64,000 nucleotides of DNA, taken from the NCBI GenBank assembly GCA_031277805.1, contig JAITLR010000010.1:7256-71255 (forward strand), in the 5' to 3' direction. Positions 1 to 9,483 of this stretch are shown in pieces. Made by a program: the position numbers and the translations under genes. Within the stretch, counting starts at the first letter, position 1, and every line of letters starts with the position of its first letter. The DNA is from Comamonas sp. Lineage in GTDB: Bacteria > Pseudomonadota > Gammaproteobacteria > Burkholderiales > Burkholderiaceae_C. The notes beneath the pieces were generated by a model that did no database searches, was not told the origin of the DNA, and saw only the letters and a list, made by a program, of their open reading frames with translations.

Positions 1-151
1 GAACGGCCAGCCCGCATCACCCGAAGGCTGGAAACGCTTCTACGCCCAGATGCGAGAGCTGGCCGCCATGAAGCCCGAGCAACGCCAGCAACAACTATGT
101 GCACATCAGCCAGCGGATACCAGTGCGCCCTCTGCCTGCAAGCTGCAATAG
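1..151 (+). CDS. 3' end of a gene truncated by the window edge; possibly a DUF2265-type aminopeptidase
   Basis: Frame 2 is open from the edge to TAG at 149-151 (…EGWKRFYAQMRELAAMKPEQRQQQLC…). It resembles the W-x-x-FY-x-x-x-x-x-LA C-terminus of that family. Confidence 0.4.
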   Translation, partial: NGQPASPEGWKRFYAQMRELAAMKPEQRQQQLCAHQPADTSAPSACKLQ

Positions 152-183
152 ACACAGGCAAGCAGAGATACCCCAATAGACAG

Positions 184-200
184 CTTCAGGCAGCCTTAAG
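184..200 (+). promoter_or_regulatory. PmrA/BasR-like direct-repeat box upstream of eptA
   Basis: CTTCAG-N5-CTTAAG matches the YTTAAK-N5-YTTAAK box with one mismatch. A -10-like CACAAT follows at 211-216. Confidence 0.45.
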
Positions 201-218
201 AAAGTCCTGCCACAATTT

Positions 219-1934
219 TTGCTAACCTTTCCTCATTCTTTGTCTGCTTTGTCCTCCTCCGACCTGTCCTCTTCGTCTGGCAACGACAGACGTTTCTTCA
301 AGCCTCGCTCTCCTCAGTTCATCGCCTTCTGGCTGGCCATCTGGATCACCGCCACGGCCAACTGGGCTCTGTGGCTGCGCCTGCCCACGCTGGACGGCTA
401 TCACGGCAGCCTCGCGGTGCTTGCCCTGCGGGTCGTGCCGCTGGTGATCGGTTTCGTCCTGCTGCTGACCAGCCTGTTTGCCTGGCCCCGTTGGATGAAG
501 CCGTTCTGGATTGTCTTGCTGCTGATCGCCGCCAGCGCCCAGCATTTCATGATCTCCTACGGCACCATCATGGACCGGGGCATGATCAACAACATCCTGC
601 AGACCGATCTGCGCGAAAGCTCGGACCTGTTCAACCCCAAGCTGCTGCTGGAGTTGCTTGTCGTCGCCATCCTGCCGGCCATCTGGCTGTGGAAAACGCC
701 ACTCAAGGGTGCGGGCAAAGCCTGGCGCAATATGCTGCACACCGTGCTGCTGTTTGCGGCGGCCGCAGCCCTGGTCGCGGCCTCGCTCGCGGTGTCATAC
801 AAGGATCTGGCTCCCGTGGTGCGCAACAATCTCTGGCTGCGCTTCATGGTCAACCCCGTCAACCCCGTGCTGTCGGCGTCCGGCGTGCTGCTGGCTCCCA
901 TCTTCAACAAGCCCCGCCCCTTTGTCAGCACCATCGAAGGCGCGGCTCTGGGCCCAAGCTACGCCACCGACAAAAAGCCGCCACTGCTGGTACTGGTCGT
1001 GGGCGAGACTGCCCGCGCCAGGAACTTCAGCCTCAATGGCTATGCGCGCGACACCAACCCAGAACTGGCCAAGCGCGATGTGCTGAGCTGGCGCAACGCC
1101 ACCTCATGCGGCACCAGTACGCGTGAATCCGTACCCTGCATGTTCTCCAGTCTGGGCCGGGAAGGCTTCTACAACTCCAAGGAAGAGCACAGCAATCTGC
1201 TGGATGTGCTACAGGCCGCAGGGCTGGCTGTGCTATGGGTGGACAACCAGGCTGGCTGCAAGGGCGTGTGCAAGCGCATTCCCATGGCGGATACCGCGGA
1301 TCGCGTGAACACCCCTGAAGGCAAGGCCTTGTGCAGCGCCGATGGTGAATGCCTGGACGGCATGCTGCTGGTCGGCATCGAGGAACGCATCGCCCAGCTG
1401 GACCCCGCGCGCCGCGCCAAGGGCGTGGTGCTCGTTATGCACCAGATGGGCAGCCACGGCCCTGCCTACTACAAGCGCTCCACCCCGGAGCTCAAGGCCT
1501 TCAAGCCCGAGTGCGCAACCAATGCCCTGTCCAGCTGTCCTTCGGAAGATGTGGTCAACGTCTACGACAACTCCATACGCTATACCGACCATTTCCTGGG
1601 TCAGACCATAGACTGGCTCAAGGCCCAGCAGAACCAGTATGAAACCGGCATGTTCTACATGTCCGACCACGGCGAGTCTCTGGGCGAGATGGGCGTCTAC
1701 CTGCACGGCATGCCTTATGCCATGGCACCCGTGGATCAGAAACATGTCCCCATGATTGTGTGGACCGGATCGCTGGGCGCACGCACTCATCTCGATCAGA
1801 GCTGCCTGAGGAAGGGGTTGGACACCCCCGTCTCGCACGACAACCTCTATCACACGATTCTGGGGCTGGTGGACGTGGTCACTCCCACCTACAAGCCTGC
1901 ACTGGATGCACTGGCCAGTTGCCGCAGCAACTGA
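219..1934 (+). CDS. eptA: Lipid A phosphoethanolamine transferase
   Basis: Five N-terminal TM segments followed by a sulfatase-like domain with VVGETAR, CGTST (catalytic Thr), HQMGSHGP, YDNSI and SDHGE motifs. The start codon (TTG) is uncertain. Confidence 0.93.
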   Translation: MLTFPHSLSALSSSDLSSSSGNDRRFFKPRSPQFIAFWLAIWITATANWALWLRLPTLDGYHGSLAVLALRVVPLVIGFVLLLTSLFAWPRWMKPFWIVLLLIAASAQHFMISYGTIMDRGMINNILQTDLRESSDLFNPKLLLELLVVAILPAIWLWKTPLKGAGKAWRNMLHTVLLFAAAAALVAASLAVSYKDLAPVVRNNLWLRFMVNPVNPVLSASGVLLAPIFNKPRPFVSTIEGAALGPSYATDKKPPLLVLVVGETARARNFSLNGYARDTNPELAKRDVLSWRNATSCGTSTRESVPCMFSSLGREGFYNSKEEHSNLLDVLQAAGLAVLWVDNQAGCKGVCKRIPMADTADRVNTPEGKALCSADGECLDGMLLVGIEERIAQLDPARRAKGVVLVMHQMGSHGPAYYKRSTPELKAFKPECATNALSSCPSEDVVNVYDNSIRYTDHFLGQTIDWLKAQQNQYETGMFYMSDHGESLGEMGVYLHGMPYAMAPVDQKHVPMIVWTGSLGARTHLDQSCLRKGLDTPVSHDNLYHTILGLVDVVTPTYKPALDALASCRSN

Positions 1935-1952
1935 AGACCTTGGCCCATGACG

Positions 1953-1991
1953 AAACGGCCTGCCAGACGGATGTTCTGGCAGGCCGTTTTT
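1953..1991 (+). terminator. Intrinsic terminator after eptA
   Basis: Perfect stem AAACGGCCTGCCAGA / TCTGGCAGGCCGTTT followed by a T-tract. Confidence 0.85.
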
Positions 1992-2002
1992 CATTGCCTT
2001 TC

Positions 2003-2024
2003 AAGCGCAGGAAGCTATCAAATC
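2003..2024 (+). repeat. GCTATC-family dispersed repeat, partial copy
   Basis: AAGCGCAGGAAGCTATCAAATC matches the 3' half of the copy at 15365-15420. Confidence 0.6.
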
Positions 2025-2064
2025 TGCTGCCTCTTCCTGCGCCATCGCGAATGCAGGGCTGGGC

Positions 2065-2319
2065 TTATTTCAGCGAGCTGATCAGGTCGATGTAGAGCTG
2101 CTTGGCCTCATCAGGTGTCGTGCCTTCCAGCTTGGTCCAGGCATCCCATTTGGCGCGCGCCACCATGTCGGTGAAGCTGGGCTTCTTGGCCTCGTTGTCT
2201 CCCTCGGTCGCCTGCTTGTACAGAGCATAGATCTTGAGCAAGGTGGCGTTATCGGGACGCTCGCCGAGCGAGGTGGAATTCTTGACAGTCTCTTCAAACT
2301 TGGCGTTCAGATCGGACAT
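2065..2319 (-). CDS. Acyl-CoA-binding protein (ACBP)
   Basis: 84 aa with the LKIYALYKQATEGD and AKWDAW motifs of ACBP. Confidence 0.95.
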   Translation of the reverse strand: MSDLNAKFEETVKNSTSLGERPDNATLLKIYALYKQATEGDNEAKKPSFTDMVARAKWDAWTKLEGTTPDEAKQLYIDLISSLK

Positions 2320-2377
2320 GCGGGGTCTCCTGGTTCTATGAAAATCCAGGCCAGTGTAGCGAAAAACGCGTCAAATT

Positions 2378-2391
2378 AGAACGACCGTTCT
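2378..2391. promoter_or_regulatory. Palindromic TetR-type operator (FadP-like) upstream of the ACBP gene
   Basis: AGAACG-AC-CGTTCT palindrome overlapping a plausible -35 that lies 17 bp from a TACACT -10 on the minus strand. Confidence 0.6.
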
Positions 2392-2452
2392 TTTTTATTC
2401 ACATCAACAGCCCTCTGCAGGAGCCGACAAGTGCAGGAGCAGATGCAGCCGT

Positions 2453-3658
2453 TCAGAAGATCATGCGTACGCCGAAATCCGCACCCAGGGCGCTGCGCGG
2501 CTGCATTCCAGGCGCATTGCTGTAAGCCGGCTGCGGCATGATCACGGGACTGCTGACTGCAAGCGGGGTCACTCCCATGATGCCGGGATTGTTGTGGCCA
2601 TTGCCGACGCTGATACGCGACACCGTGGAGTACAGCGCCGTGCTCTTGGAGAGGTTGTGCACATAGCCCAGCGCAATCTTGTTCACCGAAGCATCGCCGG
2701 TACCCTGTCCATTCTTGTATTGCACACGGGCAATGGACGCACGGATTTGATGAAGGCCCACGGGAATCTGTACCCCGGCCAGCATGCCGTCATAGCGATC
2801 CGTCGTATTGGTATCGCTGCGGGCGTTACGCACCTGGGACAGCTCGCCCAACACCTTGACCGGGCCAAAGTTGTAGGAGCCGCCCAGGTTCAATGACTTG
2901 ATGGTTTCCTTGTGGCCATTGAAGGTACCGAGCATGCTTTCGCCGTAGCCCAGAGCCACATCCGTGGGGCCGCCCGTCCAGCCCAGGCGACCGCCGGCGT
3001 AGCGGCCTCGCTTGGAATTGTTCTCGGGAAACGCATACATCAGCTGGCCATAAATACCACCCAACCCCGCAGGCAGATGATAGCCAATGGAGTTGTTGGC
3101 TCGCAGATAGTTGTCCGTGCCCGCCGACAGGCCATTGCCCAGCAAGCGCTCCGTCAGGGTACCGGTGGCCTGCGTGCCCAAGGCCCGGCTAATGGCCAGA
3201 TTGCTGCTGACCACAGCCAGCAGGTTCACGCCCACGCCATTGACCGTATAGGGGTCAAACGCCCAGTCATTCAAAAAGGATGGGGTGTGATCTCGACCCA
3301 GCCGCACCTCACCCCAATGGCCCGCCAGACTGACAGTGGAACGGCGCCCGAAATTCAGGGCCCCGCCCCCGGTATCGTTGGTCACAGGGGCTTCCAGCCA
3401 GAAACCGGCAGAAGTGCCACCACCCAGATCTTCCGTTCCGCGAAGGCCGATGCGACTGGCCAGGTTCCCCGATGGCGACACACCCCAGGTGCTTTGGCTG
3501 GATGTTCTTCCAGAGCCATCCCAGGAACTGCTGCGCACCGAATAGCGGCTGACGCTGGCATCCATCACACCGAACAGCACAAGCGATGACTGTGCGCAGG
3601 CCAGCCCTGCCGCAGAAAGCGCAAAAAGGCCCAGAAAGCATCGTGATTTACGTGGCAT
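2453..3658 (-). CDS. Gram-negative trimeric porin
   Basis: Signal peptide, SRIGLRGTEDLGGG motif, GYVHNLSKST-LY segment and a C-terminal Phe. Confidence 0.92.
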   Translation of the reverse strand: MPRKSRCFLGLFALSAAGLACAQSSLVLFGVMDASVSRYSVRSSSWDGSGRTSSQSTWGVSPSGNLASRIGLRGTEDLGGGTSAGFWLEAPVTNDTGGGALNFGRRSTVSLAGHWGEVRLGRDHTPSFLNDWAFDPYTVNGVGVNLLAVVSSNLAISRALGTQATGTLTERLLGNGLSAGTDNYLRANNSIGYHLPAGLGGIYGQLMYAFPENNSKRGRYAGGRLGWTGGPTDVALGYGESMLGTFNGHKETIKSLNLGGSYNFGPVKVLGELSQVRNARSDTNTTDRYDGMLAGVQIPVGLHQIRASIARVQYKNGQGTGDASVNKIALGYVHNLSKSTALYSTVSRISVGNGHNNPGIMGVTPLAVSSPVIMPQPAYSNAPGMQPRSALGADFGVRMIF

Positions 3659-3825
3659 GTTTTGTCTCCTTCTCTTTATGAATCAACGGTTTTCACCGTG
3701 AGACCACTCTAGAAAAGGAATGTTTCCGCCTTTGTGCAGTTGGCGCCATGCATTGCTTATTTGGTGCCAGGCACCCCAAGTGGAATCCCTAGGCCTCTCG
3801 TCTGTGACACATCGCCCGCAGGCGA

Positions 3826-3859
3826 AAAAAGCCAGCGCTGTCAAAAACGCTGGCTTTTT
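3826..3859. terminator. Bidirectional-type terminator between the Bug gene and the porin gene
   Basis: Stem AAAAAGCCAGCG / CGCTGGCTTTTT. Confidence 0.7.
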
Positions 3860-4015
3860 GATGATGGGGTCCTGTTGCGAAGCCCGACGCGCCCCGCTTG
3901 TCATGGAATCAGAACCGTTGCCCCACGGCCTTGCGCGCTTCAATGGCTCGCTGCGACCAGCAGCGAAGAATCCACCGCCGCCGCCCCCCGAAGAGGTTCC
4001 ATTGCTGATGCGAGC

Positions 4016-4984
4016 CTAGTTCAGCTTGATACCGAAGTTTTTGACGATCTCGCCATTGCGGCTGTACTCCGCCAGCAGATCGGTGGATAGCTGCTCCAGC
4101 GATCGCTCCTGGCGAATCGGCTCAAAACCGGTGGCCACATAACGAGCCTGCACAGCCTGGCTTGCATTGACTTTCTGCAAGGTAGCGTGGATTTTTTCCA
4201 TCAGTGCTGGCGGCGTTTTGGAGGATGCAAAAACGCCGGCCCAGTTGCTGAAATCCACCTCCGGATAGCCAAGCTCTGCCATGGTCGGCACATTGGGGTA
4301 TTCGGGCAGGCGGCTCTTGTAGCCAATCGCCAGCAGCTTGACCTTGCCGCTGGGAATCAAGGGCTTGCTGGTCACCGAACCATCAAACATCAGCGGAATC
4401 TGATTGCCCATGACCTGCGCCAGCGCCGGGGCCGAGCCTGGAAACGGCACATGCTGCATGTCCAGCCCTGCCTTCTGGTTCAGGATCACGCCCGCATACT
4501 GGGAAGCGGTTCCCTGACTATAGGAGGCAAAGGACAGCTGACCCGGATGGGCCTTGATATAGGCAAGAGCCTCCTTGGCATCCTTGGCCGGGAACTGGGG
4601 CGAGGCAATGAACACCATGACGGAACGCGCCATCTGCGAGACCGGTTTCACGTCTTTCATGGCATCAAAACCGCCTTTGAGCACATGCGGCACCTCGGTC
4701 AGGATATTGGTCACCGTCACCAGCAAGGTATTTCCATCCGCGGGCTGGGCCAGCATGTACTTGACCGCCATGGCACCACCGGCACCGGGACGGTTTTCCA
4801 CAATCACCGGCTGTTTGAGCTCATTGGCCAGCTGATCGCTGATGATGCGTGCAAACACATCAATCGTGCCTCCGGGGGGCGCAGGAACAATCAGCTTGAC
4901 AGGCTTGTCGGTGAAGGCAAGGGCACTGCCTGCCTGAAAAGTGGCCGCCAGGGCCATCGATAACAGAACGAAACTGCGTCGCAT
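4016..4984 (-). CDS. Bug/TctC tripartite tricarboxylate transporter substrate-binding protein
   Basis: KPVKLIVPAPPGGTID and VENRPGAGG motifs plus a signal peptide. Start set at ATG 4984, after an AAGGAG RBS. Confidence 0.93.
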   Translation of the reverse strand: MRRSFVLLSMALAATFQAGSALAFTDKPVKLIVPAPPGGTIDVFARIISDQLANELKQPVIVENRPGAGGAMAVKYMLAQPADGNTLLVTVTNILTEVPHVLKGGFDAMKDVKPVSQMARSVMVFIASPQFPAKDAKEALAYIKAHPGQLSFASYSQGTASQYAGVILNQKAGLDMQHVPFPGSAPALAQVMGNQIPLMFDGSVTSKPLIPSGKVKLLAIGYKSRLPEYPNVPTMAELGYPEVDFSNWAGVFASSKTPPALMEKIHATLQKVNASQAVQARYVATGFEPIRQERSLEQLSTDLLAEYSRNGEIVKNFGIKLN

Positions 4985-5001
4985 GGTGTGCTCCTTCGAA
5001 G

Positions 5002-6060
5002 TCAGGCAATCTTGCGCAGGTAACCCTGCTGGCCGCCATTGCGGTTGGGAGCAAAACCGTTCTTCTCCAGCGTTTCCTCCACACTGTCGTAGAACACGCC
5101 AATCTGGCAAATCTCACGCGCTTGCTCAGGCGTGGCGATGGGACGACTGAACTCCTTGGCCAGGCGCACCAGTTGCTTGATCTGCGCCACGGTACCCATT
5201 TTTTCGGTGCGGGTCTGGTTCCACAGGTTATCTTCCGTACCGCAACGCACATGCAGGCCCATGGCGATGCCCATGGCGTTGATGGGCAGCACGTTCAGCA
5301 CCGAGCTTTCCACCGTCAGCACGGCACCATCGGGTACGGCGCGCACAAAGTGCGCCAGGCTATAGATATTGGGAGCATCCATGCCACCACCAATCGCCAC
5401 CCAGTTCATCACCAGCGGCCCCTTGTAGATGCCGCGGCGGATAAGGCGCTCCACGGACTCGAAGCTGTTGATGTTGTAGCACTGGAAGGCACTTTGAATA
5501 CCGGCTTCGGACAGGCGGCGAATATGCTCCTCCGCCCAGCCCGGTTGTGCCGGCACCGTCATCTCTTTGTATGCATTGAACACGGCCGGGTCTTCCATGG
5601 ACGTGCCCTTGATGTCGCGAATGTCGAATTGTTCAAGCACATTCATCTGCGAGGTATTGATGGTCACCGTCACCTGATCGGGCTTGGGGTCCAGTTCGGC
5701 CAGCATGTGGCGAGTATCGTCAGACAGCCATTTGGCGGCCGCGCCATCGGTTTCGGGCGCAAAGCTGATCGACCCGCCCACCTGGATGATCATGTCGGGC
5801 ACACGGGCACGCACACCGGCGATCAGCTCATTGAACTTGGACAGGCGCTTGCTGCCACGACCGTCCAGCTCACGCACATGCAGGTGCAGCACCTGGGCGC
5901 CAGCGTTGTAGCAGTCCACCGCTTTCTGGATCTGCTCTTCCATCGTCACCGCAATTTCGCCGGGGAAATCTCCGGGCAGCCAGGAGGGTGCGTAAGGAGC
6001 TGCGGTGATGATCAGTGGCTGCTGGTTCTCAGGAAAGAGATGGCCATCGAGAAAGTTCAT
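5002..6060 (-). CDS. Beta-keto acid cleavage enzyme (BKACE / 3-keto-5-aminohexanoate cleavage family)
   Basis: LIITAAP, AGAQVLHLHVR (HxH zinc ligands) and HVRCGTEDNL motifs. Start MNFLDG follows GGAG. Confidence 0.88.
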   Translation of the reverse strand: MNFLDGHLFPENQQPLIITAAPYAPSWLPGDFPGEIAVTMEEQIQKAVDCYNAGAQVLHLHVRELDGRGSKRLSKFNELIAGVRARVPDMIIQVGGSISFAPETDGAAAKWLSDDTRHMLAELDPKPDQVTVTINTSQMNVLEQFDIRDIKGTSMEDPAVFNAYKEMTVPAQPGWAEEHIRRLSEAGIQSAFQCYNINSFESVERLIRRGIYKGPLVMNWVAIGGGMDAPNIYSLAHFVRAVPDGAVLTVESSVLNVLPINAMGIAMGLHVRCGTEDNLWNQTRTEKMGTVAQIKQLVRLAKEFSRPIATPEQAREICQIGVFYDSVEETLEKNGFAPNRNGGQQGYLRKIA

Positions 6061-6171
6061 GGTGTTGTCTCCGTTGTTATCAAAAAGAATGCACCGCACC
6101 CCGAGCCGCCGCGCAGCTCATGAGGTGTTGCTTGCTCTATGTCTCAGGCCACGTGGCCCGAGGTTCGTTCA

Positions 6172-7017
6172 TTACGTAGGCGTACCGATGATCCCGGCCC
6201 GCTCCATCTTTCGATGGCAGGGCGGGTAGTCCATCACCGCGTAGTGCTGGGTTGCGCGGTTGTCCCAGATGGCCACGCTGTCCGGCTCCCAGCGCCAGCG
6301 CACCTGGTACTCGGGAATCGCGGCCTGACTGATCAGGTACTGCAGCAGGCTCGATGCGCCCTGTGTGAAATCCTGTCCCACACGAACATTGGCGGGCGTA
6401 TGGAAATTGGTGAAATGCGTGGTGAAACCGCTGACGAACAGTACCTTCTCTCCCGTTTCCGGGTGGGTACGCACCACCGGATGCTCTGCGTCCGGGTACT
6501 GAGCCTTGAGCGCCAGGCGTTTCTCGATAGGCATCGCAGCGCCAAAAGTGCACTCGATGCTGTGCCGGGCACGCAGAGGATCTATCACCTCCTTGACCTG
6601 CTCTGGCAGTCTCTCGTAGGCCAGCGCCATATTGGCCCACATGGTGTCACCCCCGACTGGTGGGCATTCGACACAGCGCAGCACGCAGCCCATGGGAGGC
6701 ACCTCGCGCCAGGTGGCATCGCAGTGCCATGAGTTCTCATATCGATCCACAGGCCTGTCTGGTGCCTTGTAGATCTGCACCAGTCCAGGATGATCGGGAT
6801 GACTGCCGACCACTGGGTGATCCTCCAGCTCTCCGAAACGACGGGCAAAAGCCACATGCTCTGCGGGAGCGAGCTTCTGCCGCCGCAGAAACACAACCTT
6901 GTGCTTGAGCAAAGCCTGCTTGATTGCTGCGAAAAGCACATTGTTGTGTACCGCATCCGCCAGCTGCACATCAAGCAGCTCTGCACCGATAGCGCAGGTC
7001 AGGGGGTTTATCCGCAT
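6172..7017 (-). CDS. TauD/TfdA family Fe(II)/2-oxoglutarate dioxygenase
   Basis: WHCD (HxD), GGDT-WAN, HPVVRTHPETG and WDNRATQH motifs. Confidence 0.93.
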   Translation of the reverse strand: MRINPLTCAIGAELLDVQLADAVHNNVLFAAIKQALLKHKVVFLRRQKLAPAEHVAFARRFGELEDHPVVGSHPDHPGLVQIYKAPDRPVDRYENSWHCDATWREVPPMGCVLRCVECPPVGGDTMWANMALAYERLPEQVKEVIDPLRARHSIECTFGAAMPIEKRLALKAQYPDAEHPVVRTHPETGEKVLFVSGFTTHFTNFHTPANVRVGQDFTQGASSLLQYLISQAAIPEYQVRWRWEPDSVAIWDNRATQHYAVMDYPPCHRKMERAGIIGTPT

Positions 7018-7175
7018 CGCTGTCTCCTACACTTTTTATGGATCCAGGCTGTTTTCCGATCTACACCGCCCGGTGAGTCCACTGTAGAAAACCTGTGTCA
7101 CATAGGTTGTGCATTTCGCGCCTCTCGCTATGCATCTCATGCCAGAATTTCACTGCTTTTTTGCGTGGAGCAGTC

Positions 7176-8201
7176 ATGATCACCTTTGTGCGAGCGGCAT
7201 CTCTGACGAACTTTGCGGAACTCTTCCGGGCGTTGGGAGGAGACCCCGACAAAGCATTGCGCCAGGCTGGTTTGCGTCCGTCCGTGGTGCTCGAACAAGA
7301 CCAGCTCATCGACGCCCTGGTCGCAGGGCGCCTGCTTGAGGATGCGGCGGCCTCCACGGGCTGCGAGAACTTTGGTCTGCGCATGGCGCAATCCCGGCAA
7401 ATCTCGAACTTCGGCGTCGTCAGCCTGTTGCTGCTGCATCAACCCACGCTGCGCAAGGTGCTGAGCACACTCATCGAGCATGTGCACATGCTCAACGAGT
7501 CTTTGGTGATACAGATGGACGACGCCAACGGCGTGGTTGTCTTGCGCGAGGAGTTCACGCTGCCGGAGGCGCTGACGCAATCCATGGAGTTGGCGATCGG
7601 CGTTCTGTTTCGTACCTGCAATCTCCTGCTCAATGACTGCTGGCGTCCACAGCAGGTCTGCTTTACGCACCATGCTCCCCGTGATCTCAGCCTGCATAAA
7701 CAGCTGTTTCGCTGCCGTGTGGAGTTCAATGCAGACTTCAATGGCATTGTCTTTCGCACCGAAGACCTGGATGCGCCCAACCCTTTGGCAGACCCTGTGC
7801 TGGTGCGCTATGCGCAGACCATGGTGGACACCAGCCAGCAGGGCCGCCAGACCTCTATTGCACAGCGTGTACGCAAGGCCATCTACCTCATGCTGCCATC
7901 CGGCAACGCCACTTGCATTTGCGTTGCTCAGGGGCTGGGGCGCAGCGTGCGCACGCTGCAGCGGGAGCTTGGCGAGGAAGGACTGAGCTTTACCGCTTTG
8001 CTTGTCGAAGTTCGCTCCGATCTGGCCCAGCGCTATGTCCGCAACCCCGAATACTCCGTGGGCCAGATCGCATCCATGCTGGGCTACAACAGCCACAGCG
8101 CTTTCACACGCTGGTTTGCCACGCTGTTCGGTTGCCCGCCCGAGGTCTGGCGCGAAAAAAACATCGCGCCACGCCCCGCCAGACAGATCAATCGCGCGTA
8201 G
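7176..8201 (+). CDS. AraC family regulator (arabinose-binding-like N domain plus C-terminal HTH)
   Basis: SVRTLQREL and LGYNSHSAFTRWF HTH motifs. Divergent from the TauD gene. Confidence 0.92.
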   Translation: MITFVRAASLTNFAELFRALGGDPDKALRQAGLRPSVVLEQDQLIDALVAGRLLEDAAASTGCENFGLRMAQSRQISNFGVVSLLLLHQPTLRKVLSTLIEHVHMLNESLVIQMDDANGVVVLREEFTLPEALTQSMELAIGVLFRTCNLLLNDCWRPQQVCFTHHAPRDLSLHKQLFRCRVEFNADFNGIVFRTEDLDAPNPLADPVLVRYAQTMVDTSQQGRQTSIAQRVRKAIYLMLPSGNATCICVAQGLGRSVRTLQRELGEEGLSFTALLVEVRSDLAQRYVRNPEYSVGQIASMLGYNSHSAFTRWFATLFGCPPEVWREKNIAPRPARQINRA

Positions 8202-9399
8202 GCTGCGCCAGCCAGCGCTGGGCCAGCCTGACCCAGAAGGTTCCGCCCAGCGGGATCAGCGTGTCGTTGAAGTCATAGCTGGGGTTGTGCAGCGTGCAGG
8301 GACCGCCGCCATGGCCCAGGGCTCGGTGGTCACCATCACCGTTGGCGATAAAGCAGTAGGCACCAGGCTTTTCCATGAGCATGAAGGCAAAGTCTTCAGC
8401 ACCCATCGATGGCTCCTGCGGCACCACGCCTGCATCGCCCAGAATCTCGCGCATCACCGTTTGCGCAAACTCGGCTTCTGGCGCGGTATTGATGGTGGGC
8501 GGATAGTTGCGCACAAACTCGAACTCGCACTGCGCGCCATGGGCCGCGCAGATAGCTTCGCTGATCTGCTTCATGCGCTGTTCGATCATGTTCAGCACCT
8601 CCAGCGTGAAGGTGCGCACCGTGCCCTGCAGCTCCACGCTGTCAGGTACCACATTGGTGGCCTCGCCAGCATGCACCATGGTCACCGACACCACACCCGC
8701 CTCGATGGGCTTGATATTGCGGCTGACGATGGTCTGGAAAGCCATGATGAGCTGGGCGGCCACCGGCACGGGGTCCACCACCATATGCGGCATGGCGGCA
8801 TGACCGCCCTTGCCGCGCACCACGATCTTGAATTCGTTGCTCGATGCCATGGCCGGCCCTGCACCCACAGCCATGGTCCCGGCCTTCATGCCGGGCCAGT
8901 TATGCATGCCAAACACGGCCTGCATGGGGAACTGCTCGAACATTCCGTCCTTGACCATCTCGCGCGCGCCGCCGCCGCCTTCCTCGGCAGGCTGGAAGAT
9001 GGCGTAGACCGTACCCTCGAAGCTGTCGCGGTGGGCGGCCAGATGCTGGGCTGCAGCCAGCAGCATGGCCGTGTGGCCGTCGTGACCGCAGGCATGCATC
9101 TTGCCCGCATGGCGGCTCGCATGGTCAAAGGTGTTGAATTCCTGCATGGGCAGGGCATCCATATCGGCGCGCAGACCGATGGCGCGGCCGCTCTTGCCGT
9201 CATCCCGGCCATGGATGATGCCGATCACGCCGGTCTTTCCCAGTCCGCGATGGGTGGCTATGCCCCATTGCTCCAGCTTCCCGGCGACCAGATCCGAGGT
9301 ACGAATTTCCTCGAAACACAGCTCCGGGTGGGCGTGAATATCGCGACGCAGCGCTGCAATGTCAGGGGCGCTTGCTTGAAGTTCGGGCAGCAGGGCCAT
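8188..9399 (-). CDS. M20D amidohydrolase (hippurate hydrolase-like)
   Basis: RRDIHAHPEL, LRADMDALP, HACGHDGH, FQPAEEG and LHNPSYDFND motifs. Confidence 0.93.
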   Translation of the reverse strand: MALLPELQASAPDIAALRRDIHAHPELCFEEIRTSDLVAGKLEQWGIATHRGLGKTGVIGIIHGRDDGKSGRAIGLRADMDALPMQEFNTFDHASRHAGKMHACGHDGHTAMLLAAAQHLAAHRDSFEGTVYAIFQPAEEGGGGAREMVKDGMFEQFPMQAVFGMHNWPGMKAGTMAVGAGPAMASSNEFKIVVRGKGGHAAMPHMVVDPVPVAAQLIMAFQTIVSRNIKPIEAGVVSVTMVHAGEATNVVPDSVELQGTVRTFTLEVLNMIEQRMKQISEAICAAHGAQCEFEFVRNYPPTINTAPEAEFAQTVMREILGDAGVVPQEPSMGAEDFAFMLMEKPGAYCFIANGDGDHRALGHGGGPCTLHNPSYDFNDTLIPLGGTFWVRLAQRWLAQPTRD

Positions 9400-9483
9400 G
9401 CGCTCTCTCCTTGGGGTCATCAATGGCAAAGACGCCATGATGACCCAAAGCCGGGCCGACTGCGCCCTTGCGGCACCAAAGCC

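Noticed and set aside
3683-4019. Short ORFs between the porin and Bug genes
   Set aside because: They span a terminator hairpin and lack an RBS or protein-like composition.
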